Shown here piece after piece: positions 59,305 through 64,000 of a stretch of 64,000 bases of DNA. How positions within the stretch are numbered: position 1 is the first letter of the stretch; every line of letters starts with the position of its first letter. The translations under genes were made by a program, and so were the position numbers. The notes beneath the pieces are model-generated. The model worked only from the letters and a program-made list of their open reading frames with translations, had not been told where the DNA came from and ran no database searches. Source of the stretch: Azolla caroliniana (taxonomy: Eukaryota; Plantae; Polypodiophyta); contig JBHGNT010000003.1 of the NCBI GenBank assembly GCA_043228905.1, positions 3,596,001-3,660,000 on the forward strand, given 5' to 3'.

Positions 59305-61582
59305 CTGCACATTGAGCGAAATGGCAAAAGCAACCGCCGAATCTCGGTTACCATACCACATTGATACACTCTGGAGAGCTCTCACGGATTATCAAAAGGC
59401 TTTCTGAGTTCATCCCCGGCCTCGTTGTGTGTGAGGTCCAGGAGCGATGGCATGATGGAGCTCGGCTCTGCCAAGTAAAAATCTAAACAAGTCATTTCTT
59501 TTCCCATTGGCATTACGAAATATACTTCCTGTCTTTCTTCTTTTCTTGTTTCCCCAATATGGGAACCTAGTATTTGCCATGTGGAAAGTTGGAGATTCGT
59601 TATTCCAACGATCCCACTTTTGCTGCCTTCCATCTTTGGGGTTGTCTTTTAACATCAAAGAAGCTCAAATAACTGTGCATTGTTTAATATTTTTCTCATT
59701 TCACTTCCCATTGGGAAGTTTCTCATGCTTCTCTGCAGAACACTAAACATTTCCCATGCTGGAATTTGGAAAGAGCCTATTTGCCCTCATATTTTTGTTC
59801 CAACATCAGGAAGTTTTAGGAAATTTTACCACGCCAGAGCCCATCAGAATTTTCTTTCATGAATTTCCTTCCTGCAAGGTTCAACAGTAAAGAGTTTCCC
59901 AAATTTCCCTCTTCTGTTCCTTCTCTACAGTTTAAAGCATTTAGTGTGAATAGACCCATAGATGGAGAGTTTGTCTCATCATTGTAAGGTACCTTTAGTT
60001 GGAGAGAGATAAATTGAGATTCTAAATGGAGGTTACTTAAGGTGGTCTCTTGAATATCATTGAAGCTCCCTGTTGCGATTGTTTCACAACTCTTGGACTC
60101 TTGTGTATGTGGCCTTGATTGTACGTTAATGCAGTTCGGTTCCATCAACAATCCTTGTGTCTAGGGAAAGATGCTTACAATCCTTGTTTGACTTGCTGTG
60201 GGTTGTTTGATCTTGTATTGGCTCTATGTCTGGGGGGTGAATCAAATGTATTAGGCCCTTATTGATGCTGCTATAAGTAATGGTGTGACAGCCTTTGTGG
60301 CCACAGGCGAAGTCTCCATAGTGTTGGCTCAACATGGGTGATCCTGTATTGTCTCAGAGGTGAGTCTCTTGTGTAATGGACTTGTGACTGGTAGTATAAA
60401 TAATGCTTTGTCAATCCTTGTGATGACAAGAAAATCTATACAGTGTTAAACTACTTACTATAGGTGATCCTATATTGCTTTCATTGCTTGGGGGTGAGTT
60501 TCAGCATAAGATGATAGAATATGCTGTTTATGTGCATGCATAACTTTAAATTTCTCTTCCTCTATGGGCCTTCTTATTTATCAAGGCAACTAAACATTGG
60601 GATATTGTAGAGGAGGATTTTGATGAGCATTTTAATCATGTAGAGATGGCTGCTGTTATGAAGAAAATCCAAACTTAACTTTTAAGTGTCTGACGTACTA
60701 TAAAACTTGCTTTTTCCAATTTTTAACATTTTTTGTTTCTAGATCATTTTATGGTTTGCCAATTAGTTAATATGAATAGTCTAAAGATTATATTTAAAAG
60801 ATGATCATAGAAGATATGTAAGTGTGGCAATGATTTTAGGTAAGATTGTGGCCTTAATATTCACAATTGAAAGCAGTTAAAGTTACAACATTTGAATTAC
60901 CCATTTTCCGTTTGTGTATATTTTTTTGGTTTGCCAGTAAATTAATATGAAGAGTTCAATAATTATATTTAAAAAATGATCATAGCTCATATCATGTTGG
61001 GGATGTGGCTAATATTCATGTTTTAAGATTATGATCTCTTTCAAAATATTCATTCTTGAAATTAGTTAAGTTACAAACCTATCATTGTTCAAACAAGAAA
61101 TATTGTCAATTTTTAATGAGATGGGTAACCAAACACCATGATATCCTAAAGATAATTTCTAGAAGAAAGAATGCATTTCCTTCCAATTTGAAGAAACAAT
61201 TGGAAGGAAATGCATTCGTTCTTATGATAACCCATAACTAAGAGAATTTATCATTATATGCTAATATGTGATACCTAAGACTCAAATAGAAGAATTTGTT
61301 GACTTTGTCAAAATTTTGGAGACTCGGAATCTCAAACGTAATATATCTTTTGGGGATTTTTGTATGACTTACTTCTGTTTGTTTTTGCAAATATCCAAAG
61401 TTTGTGTATTTTCCGATTGGAGAGCAGGATTTGGGATTTGGCTTGAAATTCAAAACCAAAGGTGTGATTGTTGTAACTGAGAAACAACTTGAAGCAATAC
61501 CATGTGGGATCTGCAGGAGTATAGAGTTTGAGATGTTGAAGGAGATTTGAAAATCTTCAAAGGAACTTGGCAGATGGAGTAG
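59305..61582 (+). pseudogene. SRPBCC/START (polyketide cyclase/dehydrase and lipid transport, Coq10-like) pseudogene; domain exons 59305-59474 and 61416-61582
   Basis: LHIERNGKSNRRISVTI/IDTLWRALTDYQ/RLSEFIPGLVVCEVQERWHDGARLCQ then GT; IGEQDLGFGLKFKTKGV...IEFEM/EGDLKIFKGTWQME* then GT. Frameshifts, a stop and a CCG acceptor. Exon 1 extends further 5'. Confidence 0.82.
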
Positions 61583-62766
61583 GTTAGCTCAACTTGGACT
61601 CGCTAACTAAGTAAATATATTTGGTTTGAACATTATGGATATATGGTCTCTTGAATTTAGGCAATCCTCTAATTATTTGCGATTGTGACTTTATGGTCTC
61701 ATAATAACTTGTAAGCCAACTTATGCATTAATAAGTTAGTTTAGACCATAGGATAAGTTTATAGTATTTCTTGTATACAAAATCTATAATAAACAAGGTT
61801 CCTAACTTTGAGTTTAATGCTCCCTCCTCCCACAAACAAAAAAAGTACTATGAAACTTTAGAATTATCAACAAGATTCCAATCCTTGATATTATATAGTT
61901 GAACGCCATATTGTTTACTTTGAAAACTTAACTAAGCTTCAAAAAACATACTTCACCAAAATCTTGATGCCTAAGAAGTGATAGCCTCTATAGCTTTGCT
62001 TTGGTCTTGATCATCATCTTGATTCCACATCTATTGTGGATGACATGATGTCACAATATAGATATCTTTACATAATGTTTGGAAATGTGGACTTTGGCGT
62101 ATAAAGAAGGTTGTTTTATGGCCTATGCGATTTGTCCTTTTTGCAACGCTAGTCATTGACACATCAATATAGTATTCTTGTTTCGTCCCATCATCTCTCC
62201 TTGATCTTCATCTCTGTCTTCATTCTCTTGTTCGTTTCTAGTGTCTTAAGTTTCTCGCATCGTCGCTCCCAACTTCTAGACTTCTTAGCCTCGTCACTTC
62301 TAGGTCCAAGTTCATAGCCCATTGCTTGTAACCCCATCATCTGTGCTCTGTCCCAGTATGCGCTTGGTGTGTCCATGACACATACGTTTCCAAACGGGAC
62401 ATGCAGCCATACAATTCCATAAGGTATGCTGCATTGATTCCAAATGAAACCCACTAAAACAACAAGTTTTGATCCCCTCTTCCTTATGCATCCATTCCAA
62501 GACTGGAAGTGCATAATGCACACATAACCATCTAAATGTACAACCATTTCCAAAATGACAATGTTGAATGTGTAGGAATACTATTGTGTAGTGTTTTCAT
62601 TAATTTTATTACATAGAATATTGTACTCTTTACTAGACCTCATTATGGTTGATGTGGTAATTCATTTAATAATATTGAGATGGTCATATGTAGTGTATGG
62701 TGATGCACTACATAATAAGGAACTAACAAGTTGTAGTTGTAACTTGTGCTTATAGAATGTTACAAG

Positions 62767-62804
62767 CATGACATTGATTTGGCACATGACATTGATTTGG
62801 CACA
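62767..62804. repeat. 18-bp perfect tandem duplication
   Basis: CATGACATTGATTTGGCA twice. Confidence 0.85.
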
Positions 62805-63310
62805 ACTCAGAGGTAACCGAGAGGGAGAGCTTTTAGGACTGTTGAATCAATCGGGGTGGCGCTTATCGGTTCCACTATTTCGTGTTCTTGCATCGCAATG
62901 GCCTGTTGCTGCTCCATGAGCCATTCTCACATATCGCTTATGTCTTGTGACTCCATTCGAGCTTCCATTAAAGCATAGGAACGCTGATGACAACAAAGGC
63001 TGTGTACAAGGATATAAGGCATATGTGGCATACCAATACTAGATCATGGAGATTATTTCTCACCATGTTTCCATTTTAGTGAGGTGACTTTCTTCATTGC
63101 AAGGAGAAGGAAAAGGATGCATCTTTTGTTTTGTAAGAGCATGATATTCTTAATAGATTGTCTCATGGTTAGCCTCTATATTTTTTTGTTATCATGGGGG
63201 TGGTAAGGAGTAATTTTCTTGCATAATTGTTCATTTTGTAGTGAATGAAAAGTAATATGTATGCTAGTTTCTGTGAAAGAAATACTATGGCTACTTCTTT
63301 TGATGAACTC

Positions 63311-63405
63311 TGATAGGTTATGGTTTCCTTTCCAACTTGTGAAAGAGAAGCAAGAATTTTGATAGGTTATGGTTTCCTTTCCAACTTGTGGAAGAGAATC
63401 ACGAG
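63311..63405. repeat. 49-bp tandem duplication at the PPR fragment junction
   Basis: TGATAGGTTATGGTTTCCTTTCCAACTTGTG at 63311 and 63360. Confidence 0.85.
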
Positions 63406-64000
63406 ATATTATAGTCTCTTGGAATGCATTTATTGGTGAGTATGCTAAACAAGGTCAAGGCCAGAAAGTGTTGGATTGTTTTAAACAAATTCAGAATTAT
63501 GGCATTGCCCCAGATTCTGTCACATTCACTTGCAATTTGAAGGTATGTAGCAGCATAGGAGCATTAGATAAGGGCAAACAAATTCATGGGGAGGTTGTGT
63601 ACAGGCTTCCATGGTAAAGACATTATACTGGGGACTACTTTTGTCAAACAAAGGCAATGTTATGAAGTGTTGTACGGTTTTGAGCACATACAAAGTGAGG
63701 GGCTTTCTCCAGATGCAGTCACCTTTATTTGTACATTGAATGTTTGTAGAATCATAGAAACAATGCACATAAAAGAGTAAATTCATGATAGCATCATGAG
63801 TATACAATTATTGGAGGGGGATACTATACTTGGTACTACCTTGATGGATATTTATGTCAAAGTGGGATCCTTGCAAAAGTAGAGAAAGTGCTAAAAGGGC
63901 TTCCTAATCGAAATATTGTCTCTTGGAACATGCTCATTGCTTGGTATACTAAGCATAATCAAGTTCATGAAGATTTAGTTCCTTCAAGAAGATGCAAAAT
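63402..64000 (+). pseudogene. PLS-class pentatricopeptide repeat pseudogene fragment
   Basis: VSWNAFIGEYAKQGQGQKVLDCF..GIAPDSVTF..GALDKGKQIH; EGLSPDAVTFIC; LGTTLMDIYVK; RNIVSWNMLI; frameshifts and stops; runs off the window. Confidence 0.9.

Noticed and set aside
62191-62553. 120-aa minus-strand ORF
   Set aside because: No recognisable motif or gene structure; cannot be supported.

Overview
Eukaryotic, AT-rich, transposon-dense plant genomic DNA. It is most like a fern or other seed-free land plant, inferred from PLS-type PPR remnants, a TORNADO1-like Roco gene and RTEX LINEs. Left nest: an LTR end interrupts a Ty1/copia RT; the copia 3' LTR holds a near-intact RTEX-type LINE, which holds a very young, GC-rich Ty3/gypsy element (6142-13506). 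An older copy of the same gypsy family lies at 32971-39957. Both copies have a 4-bp ACGT target duplication, a tRNA-Trp primer site, and a GGAUUUU-UAG plus pseudoknot -1 frameshift signal between protease and RT. Two 5'-truncated L1 LINEs with clear TSDs both inserted at CAT/AACAA. The main host gene is a two-exon Roc-COR (Roco, TRN1-like) GTPase at 26507-29667. It lacks LRRs, has a frame break in exon 1, and has a dead partial duplicate at about 16.1 kb. Right part: a three-level copia nest (42839-54220) whose empty site survives in a paralogous segment, an SRPBCC/polyketide-cyclase pseudogene and a PPR pseudogene. Coordinates and mismatch counts were read by eye; family and clade names come from motif recognition, not database searches.
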